Origin: Candidatus Omnitrophota bacterium
GTDB lineage: Bacteria; Ratteibacteria; UBA8468; MWAK01
NCBI GenBank assembly: GCA_043826355.1
Contig: JBDRQI010000011.1
Location: 45,517-109,516 of the forward strand
Reading direction: 5' to 3'
DNA: 64,000 nt
Shown here: one piece after another, positions 17,769 to 26,748 of the stretch
How the letters are laid out: every line of letters begins with the position of its first letter
Position numbering within the stretch: the stretch's first letter is position 1
Position numbers and translations under genes: made by a program
The notes under the pieces: generated by a model
What the model was told of the DNA's origin: nothing
Databases searched by the model: none
What the model saw: the letters and a program-made list of their open reading frames with translations, nothing else

Positions 17769-19420
17769 CTCAATCTCCATCCCTGCCACGTCGGCACGTA
17801 AGCCCGGCGCCCGCCGGAAAAGCCGGAATAGATATCTTCACCCGGGTCCGCGCCGGTAAAGATGGGATTTATATAGTCCAAAAAGGTTGCGTTGTCCAAA
17901 AATATTGTGCCGTCAGCCACTAAAACGCCGTTAATATTAGCAGTACAAGTACTGATTGTTATTCCGGAACCGCCGCCAGCTGAATAGACAAGCCCATTAA
18001 TATTCTGCGTGGTACCAGTAGTTTGAATTGTAATGGTTGCGCTCCCTAAACCCCATCGGTCCATGATCAGGGCGGGTACGTTATAACCGTTGGGTTGTAT
18101 ATTGTTGCTCCTGACACCCAGCCATATTGTGCTTTGCGCATAACAGGTTCCCTTGATGTTGGCGCCTCTTAGCGTAATACCATTTTTACCGATAACATAA
18201 ACATCATGATTGGCGTCGCCGATAACACAACCGTTATCCAAAGTGTTATCCATAATAACTGGTCCTTCCGCGAAGAAGTTTGCCAGATAAGGATTTGTGT
18301 TTTCGCCGGCCTGGTTTATCCATATGGTATTATTCGCTTTGATAAGGCCGCCGTTTATCGTTATGCCGAGACCCGTCAGGTTGACATTGTTTCCTTTTAC
18401 GCAGACATTGTTGCCGGATTCTATGGTAGGCGTTCCTGAAATATTTACGGTACCGGCGGCGTTGAGAAAGTTGTTGACCGTTGCCTGGTCCCGGAGCTCA
18501 ACATTACCGATAACCTGCGTGTAAGCCTGAATGCTGCTGTTGTCTCGAAACTGGGCGTCTCCATTTATCTGAACATGAAAGCTGATTACGTCGCCGGTTT
18601 GAAACCAGAAGACCGGGCCATTCCAAATTTCGGCTTCAGGCAATGGTCCGGGTCCATCTGGATCGTGATATTGGGGGTATGGGCCGCTCCCGCCGCTTGG
18701 GTCGTCATAGGTATACATTATTGCTTGGGGCGGCGGTTCGTCACCGATAGATTCGAAATAAGCCCGGTTGGGTATAGGCGGTTCGGTAGTGGAAATTTTG
18801 GTCTTTGTCCAATTCCCGGTGGTTGGAAAAGTTGATGCGTTATTAAAATAAACAATATTTCCGTTAATTGTCGCACCGTTTGCGGTGAATAAGTTACAAT
18901 AGACCGCGTGCTTATTGAACGCCTCGGATATTCCCTGGGTGGGTCCCTGCCTGATGTTGGTGGTGGAATTATTGCCTCTTAAGGATGTGACAAGGATACG
19001 CCGGATTCCTTTGTGGATGCCAACTGCAACCAGGGTGTCTGGGTAGGAATTATCCTGGATGCCCACGTAATACACCCCCCCTATTTCCGGCAGGCTTCCC
19101 ATTATTCCAGTGGAGAGAAATTCTGAAATTGGAAAAATATCCGTGGGCAGGGTAATCAATTCGGAAGTTTCGAAAGGATTTAATGTTCCGGAAAAGGGAT
19201 AATAATCCGGAGTGTTTTCATAGTTCAGCCGGTAGATGGCGTCGGCTGTTCCGGCTTCAGCCAGGTTCAGGGCGATGGCGGAATTTTTGGCGTATTCGGA
19301 CTGCCGGGAAGTGGCCGCGATTACCCAGAAGAGACTGGCAACCAGCGCCAGGAGGATAAAAGAGGTCAGGAGTGCCACCACCAGCGCCATCCCGCGATTG
19401 TTGTTCATTGTTTTGACCAT
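17765..19420 (-). CDS. PilX/GspK-like large minor pilin
   Basis: NRG|MALVVALLTSFILLALV (no E5), ALNLAEAG PilX-N motif; long beta-rich C-terminus. Confidence 0.8.
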   Translation of the reverse strand: MVKTMNNNRGMALVVALLTSFILLALVASLFWVIAATSRQSEYAKNSAIALNLAEAGTADAIYRLNYENTPDYYPFSGTLNPFETSELITLPTDIFPISEFLSTGIMGSLPEIGGVYYVGIQDNSYPDTLVAVGIHKGIRRILVTSLRGNNSTTNIRQGPTQGISEAFNKHAVYCNLFTANGATINGNIVYFNNASTFPTTGNWTKTKISTTEPPIPNRAYFESIGDEPPPQAIMYTYDDPSGGSGPYPQYHDPDGPGPLPEAEIWNGPVFWFQTGDVISFHVQINGDAQFRDNSSIQAYTQVIGNVELRDQATVNNFLNAAGTVNISGTPTIESGNNVCVKGNNVNLTGLGITINGGLIKANNTIWINQAGENTNPYLANFFAEGPVIMDNTLDNGCVIGDANHDVYVIGKNGITLRGANIKGTCYAQSTIWLGVRSNNIQPNGYNVPALIMDRWGLGSATITIQTTGTTQNINGLVYSAGGGSGITISTCTANINGVLVADGTIFLDNATFLDYINPIFTGADPGEDIYSGFSGGRRAYVPTWQGWRLR

Positions 19421-19428
19421 TCTTTGTT

Positions 19429-19584
19429 TGTCATCCTGAACTGTTAATGATCTGTCACCCTGAACCGATGTTGTGAAGGGTCTCGTATTAAAGGATTAGA
19501 TCCTTCACGGAGTTTACCCTTGAGCAGCGCGAAGGGCTCAGAATGACAAATTACGTCAGATTCTTCACTTTGTTCAGAATGACA
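19429..19584. repeat. composite TGTCATYCTGAG-family element
   Basis: Shares GATTAGATCCTTCACGGAGTTTACCCTTGAGCA..TGACAAATTACGTCAGATTCTTC with 12640-12803. Confidence 0.85.
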
Positions 19585-19594
19585 AACGAAAGCA

Positions 19595-20230
19595 TTACTG
19601 TATTCCGGCGTTAAAGATGTAATAGGCGTCATCTCCTTTATCGCCGGCAGGGTTAAAATTTAGGAAATTAGATTGCGCCGCGTTATCCGGGTCGCTTCCG
19701 ATACCATAATTATACTCGCCGTCTCCTCCGGCCGAAATTATGACCATGGCGCCGGTGGCTCCGGCCGGTCTTACCAAAGCATTGGTTGTCCAGAACATCC
19801 GGTAAGGCCTTTTCCAGGGGTCAAGAGGCCGGTAATTTATGTGGTTCTTGTAAGTTGTGTAAGGTCCGGTCCACAAATTCCCTAACTCTGAAGGGAAACC
19901 CGCCGAAGGGGTGTCAATGTCGTCGTTGTCTCCGTCTGTGTAAGTATTTTCAGGAGAGGGTGCGTTCTGCCACGCCCACACCTTCCCCCGCATGGTTGTG
20001 GTGATTTCATTGGTATTTTTTGCCAAATCCTCCAACCGGACATAGTAACCTATTTCGCTGTAGACCTGGGTGATTACGGTTGCCAGGTGCTGCATCTCCG
20101 AGAGGGCGCGGTTGGTCTTTGCCTGTTTCATCGCCCGCAGGACGCCGGGTATCAGGAGCCCGGCCAGGACGGTAATGATGGTGATGACCACCAAAAGTTC
20201 AATTAGGGTAAAACCGTTCCGATTACGCAT
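19595..20230 (-). CDS. GspG/PulG-like major pseudopilin
   Basis: RNG|FTLIELLVVITII; WTGPY, LDPWKRPY, ISAGGDG motifs. Confidence 0.85.
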   Translation of the reverse strand: MRNRNGFTLIELLVVITIITVLAGLLIPGVLRAMKQAKTNRALSEMQHLATVITQVYSEIGYYVRLEDLAKNTNEITTTMRGKVWAWQNAPSPENTYTDGDNDDIDTPSAGFPSELGNLWTGPYTTYKNHINYRPLDPWKRPYRMFWTTNALVRPAGATGAMVIISAGGDGEYNYGIGSDPDNAAQSNFLNFNPAGDKGDDAYYIFNAGIQ

Positions 20231-20251
20231 TTTAGGCCTCCGATTTTTTCA

Positions 20252-20348
20252 TGTCATTCTGAGTGAAACGAAGAATCTAATCTTTTAAAGACGAGATCCT
20301 TCGCAAGCACGGCTCAGGATGACATATTATTAACGGCTCAGGATGACA
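20252..20348. repeat. TGTCATYCTGAG-family doublet with duplicated right end
   Basis: TGTCATTCTGAGTGAAACGAAGAATCT..ACGGCTCAGGATGACATAT present twice. Confidence 0.85.
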
Positions 20349-20358
20349 TATGTTAAGA

Positions 20359-20820
20359 TTACAACCTGCAAATAAAGAGAGCTATCAATATAAAGTATAC
20401 TGCCTGAAAGCGGAAAAGTAAAATTTCCTGAGAACGGGTGGCAGCCGGTCCGAGGCGGCTTAAACGGCTGCCCAAAATCTTTCGGTCTATCCCCGCTATC
20501 ATCTCCGGCTTGAAAAAGAGAGCGGTTCCCGTCGCAATCGAGAGGAGGAGCAAAATTAGACGGATAACGTTTAACGTTGGTTCCAGACTGAAGGAGAAGA
20601 AAGGGATGAAGAGGAAAAATAAAAATAATGTCGCAAGGAGTGAAAGACGGGATTGCCGTGCTCCCCCCCACTTCGCCTCCCCCGCCAGGGGGGAGGTATG
20701 ACGGTTACAATGACTATGTAAAATATTCAGGGTTGCCGGGACCAAGCTTTCCGGCAACTTTTCCTCCCGGATTTCTCCGGCCAGCCTGATAATCTCTCTT
20801 TCCAGTTCGTTTGTGTCCAT
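20359..20820 (-). CDS. hypothetical membrane protein
   Basis: About three hydrophobic segments; contains an in-frame CCCC..GGGG palindrome (20662-20696). Confidence 0.55.
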   Translation of the reverse strand: MDTNELEREIIRLAGEIREEKLPESLVPATLNILHSHCNRHTSPLAGEAKWGGARQSRLSLLATLFLFFLFIPFFSFSLEPTLNVIRLILLLLSIATGTALFFKPEMIAGIDRKILGSRLSRLGPAATRSQEILLFRFQAVYFILIALFICRL

Positions 20821-20832
20821 TCTTTTAAGGTG

Positions 20833-20957
20833 TGGATTCCCGATCTAAGCATTCGGGAATGACATCGTGTGTTTGGTCCTCTATACATTTAGTACCGTTT
20901 TCCGCGAAAAAGGTTCATTCAGTTGATAGATTCCCGCTTACCACACGCGGGAATGAT
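20833..20957. repeat. two dRS3-like palindromes
   Basis: TGGATTCCCGA..TCGGGAATGACA (20833-20864); TAGATTCCCGC..GCGGGAATGAT (20927-20957). Confidence 0.8.
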
Positions 20958-20960
20958 GTT

Positions 20961-21512
20961 TCATTCCAGAATCTCTTTTTCTTTAGCGGACAGGAGGCGG
21001 TCTATCTCCGCGATGGAATGGTCGGTCAGTTTCTGGACTTCGTTGATGCCGTGGTGCATATCGTCCTCGGAAATCTCTTTTTCCTTCTCGGATTTTTTCA
21101 ATTCTTCGTTGGCTTTATGGCGAACCTCCCGGATTTCCACGCGGCCCTGTTCCGCAATTTTGTGGGCAACCTTGACAACCTCCCTGCGGCGTTCTTCGCT
21201 TAAGGGCGGAATCGGCACCCGGACTCCGGTTGCGTCGGAAATGGGATTTAGGCCCAGGTTGGACGCAAGGATGGCTTTGGAGATTTCACCGGCCAGGGAC
21301 TTATCCCAGGGCTGAACCATAATCAGGTTCGGCTGCGGTGTGGTGAGGGTGGCAACCTGGTTGAGGGGAAGGCGGGAGTTATACGCCGCAACAGTGATGC
21401 CGTCCAAAAGGCTGACGTTTGCCCGCGACGCTCGCAACGATGCGTATTCGTGCTTGATGAAATCCAGAATTTTGCGCATATTGCTTTCCGCTTTTTTTAC
21501 CTTTTCTCTCAT
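20961..21512 (-). CDS. frr: ribosome recycling factor
   Basis: LRASRAN, QPWDKS, IPPLSEERRRE; downstream of pyrH. Confidence 0.97.
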   Translation of the reverse strand: MREKVKKAESNMRKILDFIKHEYASLRASRANVSLLDGITVAAYNSRLPLNQVATLTTPQPNLIMVQPWDKSLAGEISKAILASNLGLNPISDATGVRVPIPPLSEERRREVVKVAHKIAEQGRVEIREVRHKANEELKKSEKEKEISEDDMHHGINEVQKLTDHSIAEIDRLLSAKEKEILE

Positions 21513-21541
21513 AAAATTTCCTCCACTACGTTAACGGAACC

Positions 21542-21704
21542 ATTTGTCATTCTGAGCGGTAGCGAAGAATCTGACGTAATTTGTCATCCTGAACCCTTCG
21601 CGTTGCTCAAGGGTAAACTCCGTGAAGGATCTAATCTTTTAAGACGAGATCCTTCGTTTCACTCAGGATGACAGATTCTTAAAGGCTCAGGATGACACCA
21701 TAAT
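21542..21704. repeat. composite TGTCATYCTGAG element, inverted copy of 12640-12803
   Basis: Manual alignment shows about 5 differences in ~164 bp. Confidence 0.9.
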
Positions 21705-21706
21705 AA

Positions 21707-22417
21707 CTACGAAATTAAGGTGCCGATGTCGGCGCCGCCCAGAACTTTTTTCAGGTTTCCGGTTCGGAAAAGGTTAAAGACGATGATGGGAATCTTGTTC
21801 TCCCGGCACAGGGCGATGGCGGTTGCATCCATTATGTTCAGGTCGTTCTTGAGTACTTCCCCAAAAGAAAGGCGCTGGTACCGCGTGGCTTTCTTTACCT
21901 TTTTGGGGTCAGCCGAGTAAACACCGTCCACCTTGGTTCCTTTCAGGATAATCTGGGCCCGGATTTCAATGGCGCGCAAGGCCGCCGCAGTATCGGTGGT
22001 GAAGTAAGGGCTGCCGGTCCCGCCGGCAAAGATAACCAGCCGGCCTTTTTCCAGGTGCCTAATCGCCCGGCGCCTGATGTATGGTTCCGCCAACTGCTTC
22101 ATTTCCAGGGCGGTTTGAAGCCGCGTGGAAACCCCCAGTCGCTCCATGACAGATTGCAGGGCAAGGCCGTTGATGACCGTTGCCACCATTCCCATGTAAT
22201 CGGCGGTTGTTTTATCGATGCCATCTTTACTTACCACCGCGCCCCGGAAAAGGTTTCCGGCGCCCACCACCACGGCCAGCTGGGCGCCCTGGCCGATTGC
22301 GGATTTCAATTCTTCGCCTAATTTTTGCAGGGGTTTTGGTTCAATCCCGAACGCGTCTTCTCCGGAAAATGCCTCGCCGGAAATCTTTACCAGTATCCGC
22401 TGATATCTATTTTTCAT
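21707..22417 (-). CDS. pyrH: UMP kinase
   Basis: KISGEA, GNLFRG, DYMGMVAT, FTTDTAAALRA, DGVYSADP. Confidence 0.98.
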   Translation of the reverse strand: MKNRYQRILVKISGEAFSGEDAFGIEPKPLQKLGEELKSAIGQGAQLAVVVGAGNLFRGAVVSKDGIDKTTADYMGMVATVINGLALQSVMERLGVSTRLQTALEMKQLAEPYIRRRAIRHLEKGRLVIFAGGTGSPYFTTDTAAALRAIEIRAQIILKGTKVDGVYSADPKKVKKATRYQRLSFGEVLKNDLNIMDATAIALCRENKIPIIVFNLFRTGNLKKVLGGADIGTLIS

Positions 22418-22505
22418 AGATTCCCACCGTTAAATACGGGCGACCCTAAAAGGGCCGCGCTACGTTTATGTTATGGATTCCCGCCTGATACATGCGGGAA
22501 TGATA
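22417..22505. repeat. dRS3-like and GTAG-type palindromes
   Basis: GCGACCCTAAAAGGGCCGCGCTAC; TGGATTCCCGC..GCGGGAATGAT. Confidence 0.7.
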
Positions 22506-22537
22506 TTAAGTGTTACACACAGTAATGACAAAATGCG

Positions 22538-24046
22538 TCACTTGATTCTGGGAAAGAGGGGAGGGGCCTCGGTTACGATTGCGCCCGGCTTCGTAAGACC
22601 CCAGGTCAACGCTTCCTTTCCAGCCGGCAGGTCCGTCAACCCCAATTGTTGGCGGATAAGCACCGCGGTGCGGGGCAGGACCGGTTCCAGATAGATGCTT
22701 AAAATACGGCTTGTTTCGGTCAGATTGTAAAGGACCGAACCGGAATTGGGGCCCTTTCGCCAGGGCGATTCCTCGTCCAGATAGTGGTTTCCGGCGCTGA
22801 TAACTTCACGCAAAGTTTCCAGGAAACCGAAAAAATCAAGGCTTTCCATTTTAGGCGCCAGCGCCGGAAAAAGTTCCGCTGTTTTCCGGGCCAGAATTCC
22901 GCCGTCGCCGGGAGGCGGAACCTTGCCTCCAAAATTTGTTCGCATCAGGTGGTTGAAGCGGTGGACGAGATTTCCCAGGTCATTGGCCAAGTCGCTGTTG
23001 TATCGTTTTCGAAAAGCTTCTTCCGTAAAGTTTCCGTCCATCCCGAAAGGCACTTCTGCCAGGAGAAAATAACGGAGCGCTTCGGAACCGTATCTGCGGC
23101 AGAAATCAAACGGTTCCACCACGTTGCCTTTCGATTTACTCATCTTTTCGTTGCCGGAAAGCCACCAGCCGTGAGCAAAAACTTTCTTGGGAAGCGGCAG
23201 GTTGAGCGCCATTAGAATTGCGGGCCAGATGATGTGGTGAAAGCGGATGATATCCTTGCCGACCAGTTGAACGTCAGGCGGCCAGAAACGCTTGAAAGAT
23301 TTACTCTGGTCTGCTCCGGCCGGAGAAAGCGGGTTATAGTTGACGCCGGAAAGATAGTTGAGCAGGGCGTCAAACCAGACGTAAATGGTAAGCCCGGAAC
23401 CGGCAACACCCTTCGGCAGCGGCACTCCCCAGCGGCAGCGCCGGGTCAGAGAAAGGTCCGGCAGGGGGTCGGAGAGCATGTTGGTTACCTCATCGCGAAT
23501 GCGTTCCGGCTGGATAAATTCCGGGTTTTTCAGAAAGTGTTCTTTAATCCTTTCCTGGTAACGGGAGAGCCGGAAGAAATAGGTTTCTTCGGATAGTTTT
23601 TCGGTGGGACGGCCGCAGTCCGCGCAGTCTATTCCTTCGGCCGGGACGAGATAACGTTCGCAGGGTACGCAGTAATGGCCTTCGTAAACGCCGGGGTAGA
23701 TGTCGCCGTTGCGTTGCAGGGCGGAAAAGATTGATTGGATAGTTTTTTGGTGTTCCGTTTCGGTGGTCCGGATAAAACGGTCGAACTTAATTTCCAGCAA
23801 CTTCCATAAATCAAGGTAGCGCCCAACGGTTTGGTCCACCAATTCCCCGGGGGAAAGGCCGGCCTGGTCCGCGGCCGCGGCAACCTTGCTGCCGTGTTCG
23901 TCGGCGCCGGTGAGGAAGAAGACCTCTTTTCCCAGAAATCTTTCCCACCGGGCCAGGACATCGGCTGCCACCGTGGTGTAAACATGCCCGACGTGCGGCC
24001 GGGCGTTAACATAATAAATTGGAGTGGTCAGGTAATATTTATCCAT
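22538..24046 (-). CDS. metG: methionine--tRNA ligase (short form)
   Basis: TTPIYYVN..HVGH, YVWFDALLNY, GKDI, KMSKS. Confidence 0.97.
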   Translation of the reverse strand: MDKYYLTTPIYYVNARPHVGHVYTTVAADVLARWERFLGKEVFFLTGADEHGSKVAAAADQAGLSPGELVDQTVGRYLDLWKLLEIKFDRFIRTTETEHQKTIQSIFSALQRNGDIYPGVYEGHYCVPCERYLVPAEGIDCADCGRPTEKLSEETYFFRLSRYQERIKEHFLKNPEFIQPERIRDEVTNMLSDPLPDLSLTRRCRWGVPLPKGVAGSGLTIYVWFDALLNYLSGVNYNPLSPAGADQSKSFKRFWPPDVQLVGKDIIRFHHIIWPAILMALNLPLPKKVFAHGWWLSGNEKMSKSKGNVVEPFDFCRRYGSEALRYFLLAEVPFGMDGNFTEEAFRKRYNSDLANDLGNLVHRFNHLMRTNFGGKVPPPGDGGILARKTAELFPALAPKMESLDFFGFLETLREVISAGNHYLDEESPWRKGPNSGSVLYNLTETSRILSIYLEPVLPRTAVLIRQQLGLTDLPAGKEALTWGLTKPGAIVTEAPPLFPRIK

Positions 24047-24800
24047 CCGTTTCCGTTTTTACCGGTTCTTTTTCGCCTTCCGCTGTAACCTCAGGCAGAA
24101 TTTCCAGGGCGCAACAGGGTTTTTTATCCGGACAAGATTTTTTGTCGCAACAGGGTTTTTTATCCGGGTTTTCATAGGCCAGACAACACATCAGCCGGCC
24201 GCAAAGACCGGAGACCTTGCCGGTGTCCAACGGGAGGTTTTGTTCTTTTACCATCCGGATGGTAATCGGCTTAAATTCACGCAAAAATAGGGAACAGCAG
24301 AGTTGGCGGCCGCAGACTCCGTACCCGCCCAGCATCCGCGCTTCGTCGCGGCGTCCCACCTGCCGCATTTCAATCCGGCAGTTGAAGGTTTTTGCCAGTT
24401 CCCGGACCAGGTCCCGGAAATCAATTCGTTCTTCGGCATAGTAATAAAAAGTAACTACTGCCCGGCTGAATGAATACTCCGCATCAAGCAGTTTCATGTT
24501 CTTAATCTTTTTTTCGGCGATCTTTTCCGAACAGATGCGAAAGGCCTCTTCATCGTGGCGGTAATTTTCTTCAATCTGCGCCACATCTTCCGGGGTTACC
24601 TTGCGGATAATCCGGGAAAGGTGTTCTTGATTCAGCCCGGCCGGGAGTTCGGCCAGGATGGAGAGTACGGTTCCGTAGTCGGAACTGCTTTTAGGCGATT
24701 CGATAATCACGTAGTCACCCGGGATGAGTTCCAGGTCATCCGGTCCGGAAAAAACCTCCACCTTATCCAGGCGGCGAATCCGCAATTCTATAATTTTCAT
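24039..24800 (-). CDS. PSP1/RicT (YaaT) family protein
   Basis: RIDFRDLVRELA, RIEMRQVG, GVCGRQLCC, SGLCGRLMCCLAYE; usual position before metG. Confidence 0.92.
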   Translation of the reverse strand: MKIIELRIRRLDKVEVFSGPDDLELIPGDYVIIESPKSSSDYGTVLSILAELPAGLNQEHLSRIIRKVTPEDVAQIEENYRHDEEAFRICSEKIAEKKIKNMKLLDAEYSFSRAVVTFYYYAEERIDFRDLVRELAKTFNCRIEMRQVGRRDEARMLGGYGVCGRQLCCSLFLREFKPITIRMVKEQNLPLDTGKVSGLCGRLMCCLAYENPDKKPCCDKKSCPDKKPCCALEILPEVTAEGEKEPVKTETDG

Positions 24801-24801
24801 C

Positions 24802-26640
24802 TTATTTTACTTTTTGCCGGTACTTTTTGTTGGTTGGGTAAAGAAAAACCGCATCTTTAAAAGATTGTTCGGCCAGAAGGGCCCAGCGTTGGTCGCCGGT
24901 TATTTCGGCAACGCTTTCCGCCGACAATCCCAGCCGAAACCGGAAACCGGCCGAATACGGTTCCACTTTGCAGGCTTTTTGGTACGCGTATGCCGATTCC
25001 TGGAAATAAGTCTGATTCCTGCCAATTTCCCCGGCTTGGTAAAAGAGCGCGCCCAGTTGCGCGTAGTAGGCCGGATTTTTCGGGTTAATCTCAATCGCTT
25101 TGTTCAGAAGCGCTAAACCCTGGCTGCCGTTACCGGCTGAAAGCAGAGCAAGGCCGTTTTGGAAAATTTTTTCGGCCCGGTGAATTTTTACCTGGTAAAA
25201 ACCGGCTGTCAAAAATACTAATATTATAAGCCCTGCTGTAATTCGGGTCAAACTCCGGCGCCGGTGTTCGTTTTCCTGGTTAACCGGGACCGCGATGGTT
25301 TTTAGAGGAATAAGCGCCGGCAGGACGAAAAGATAAGTAGCCAGGGAAGGGTCGGCCCAATCAAAGTCTATCTGGCTGTGGAGAGAAAGCGCCAGGATTC
25401 CCCAGAAAATTCCTTTCTGTAAAACGGTAACCGCTCCTTTCCAGGATTTCTGCAGCAACAGAATCCAAAACCAGAGAAAGGTTATGATGCCCAACAAACC
25501 CTCTTCGGCCAGAATCTCAAAGAAGATACTGTGGCTGTGCTGTGTCTCCATGGCGGCCGGGATCTTAAAACGGGCATAATGGATACCAAAACTGCCTGGT
25601 CCGAAACCCAAAACCGGTCGTTGTTTGAATATCTCCAGGGAACTTGCCCAGTAAAAGAACCGGTCCCGCAGGGAAAGAATGTGGGGGATCATCTTCAAAG
25701 AATTAAAAACCAGAAAGAAAAGCAGAAATCCGCCAAACAGGATGAGGTGCGGAGAATATTTTCGGGCCAGGCGCCGCCCGCGGTTTTTGATTTCCGGCAA
25801 CAAAATCCGCTTTGACCAGATGTTCGCCAGCCACAGCAGGCAGACCAGAAAAAGTATCATCAAACCGCCGGTGGACTTTGTCAGCAGAAGGGCGACTCCA
25901 AAAAGCAGGGTTAATAGAAGTCCGGGCAGGTTTAAATGCCCCCTCACCTTTAATCTTCTCCCCTGCGGGGAGAGGGAAGGGTGAGGAGAGAGGATAAGCG
26001 CAAAACTCACGGGGATGAGCGTAATAAGAAAAGCGGCAAAAATGTTGGGGTAAACAAAGGTGGAAAAAGCGCGTCCGCTGGTAAGACGGGACATCATATC
26101 CGGCGGTATCTTATCCAGCATCTGTTGCTGTGTTATGTAGTTGAGCGTATCCTTGAACCCCCAGAAATATTGCTGAATGCCGTAAAGGCTGACCAGCGCG
26201 GCAGTAATTAAAATAATGATTAAAACTAATAATCGACTGTCAACTTCTTTTCTCTTAACCTTTTTCCCGTCGGGGAGAGGGGAGGGTGAGGGGGAGGAAA
26301 TTACCTGGAAAAGGAGGAAAAAGAGGCTGAAATAATAAAGGTATTGCAGGAAAACAACCTGGCCGCGGTGGGGAGAGGCGGAATCGAGCAGGCTGGCAAA
26401 TGTAACGAGCAAAAAACTGAGACCGGGCAATTCCAGCCCGGTTATCCGGTAAGCGGCTTTTCCGGCTAAAACCAGGATGCAGTAAAGAACCGCTGCTCCG
26501 AGTACGGAGAGCTGAAAGAGATTTTGGGCGGCCGAATGGGTGAGCCCGTCGCTGAAGGGCCGGATGAGGAGCAGGACCGCGAAAAAAAAGAGAAAGAAAC
26601 GTTTTATCATAAATTTTAGGTTACAAAAAATATTTGTCAT
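24802..26640 (-). CDS. O-antigen ligase/O-oligosaccharyltransferase-like protein with C-terminal TPR
   Basis: RAFSTFVYPN, GFGPGSF, HSHS..E.GLLG; many TM helices; TPR-like tail. Confidence 0.85.
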   Translation of the reverse strand: MTNIFCNLKFMIKRFFLFFFAVLLLIRPFSDGLTHSAAQNLFQLSVLGAAVLYCILVLAGKAAYRITGLELPGLSFLLVTFASLLDSASPHRGQVVFLQYLYYFSLFFLLFQVISSPSPSPLPDGKKVKRKEVDSRLLVLIIILITAALVSLYGIQQYFWGFKDTLNYITQQQMLDKIPPDMMSRLTSGRAFSTFVYPNIFAAFLITLIPVSFALILSPHPSLSPQGRRLKVRGHLNLPGLLLTLLFGVALLLTKSTGGLMILFLVCLLWLANIWSKRILLPEIKNRGRRLARKYSPHLILFGGFLLFFLVFNSLKMIPHILSLRDRFFYWASSLEIFKQRPVLGFGPGSFGIHYARFKIPAAMETQHSHSIFFEILAEEGLLGIITFLWFWILLLQKSWKGAVTVLQKGIFWGILALSLHSQIDFDWADPSLATYLFVLPALIPLKTIAVPVNQENEHRRRSLTRITAGLIILVFLTAGFYQVKIHRAEKIFQNGLALLSAGNGSQGLALLNKAIEINPKNPAYYAQLGALFYQAGEIGRNQTYFQESAYAYQKACKVEPYSAGFRFRLGLSAESVAEITGDQRWALLAEQSFKDAVFLYPTNKKYRQKVK

Positions 26641-26675
26641 CTATGAAAGGACTACGTCAAGCTAAGTAAATCCGA

Positions 26676-26748
26676 TGTCATTCTGAGCCGACCTTGCGAA
26701 GAATCCCGCAGTTAAAAGAGAGATCCTTCGCTATCGCTCAGGATGACA
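26676..26748. repeat. TGTCATYCTGAG-family doublet forming the pyrD 3' end
   Basis: TGTCATTCTGAG..CTCAGGATGACA; encodes the terminal CHPER and stop. Confidence 0.82.

Noticed and set aside
19444..19632. Short ORFs 19444-19632, 21450-21671, 32915-33145, 33030-33257, 46773-46988
   Set aside because: They are translations of repeats or tRNA antisense; their shared peptides (CHSE, SLREVLQKK) only reflect the repeats.
16076..20230. Diversity-generating retroelement or shufflon acting on the pilins
   Set aside because: No reverse transcriptase, template/variable repeat pair or invertase was seen.
12640..21704. CRISPR array
   Set aside because: Repeats are dispersed, inverted and variable, with no regular repeat-spacer period and no cas genes.
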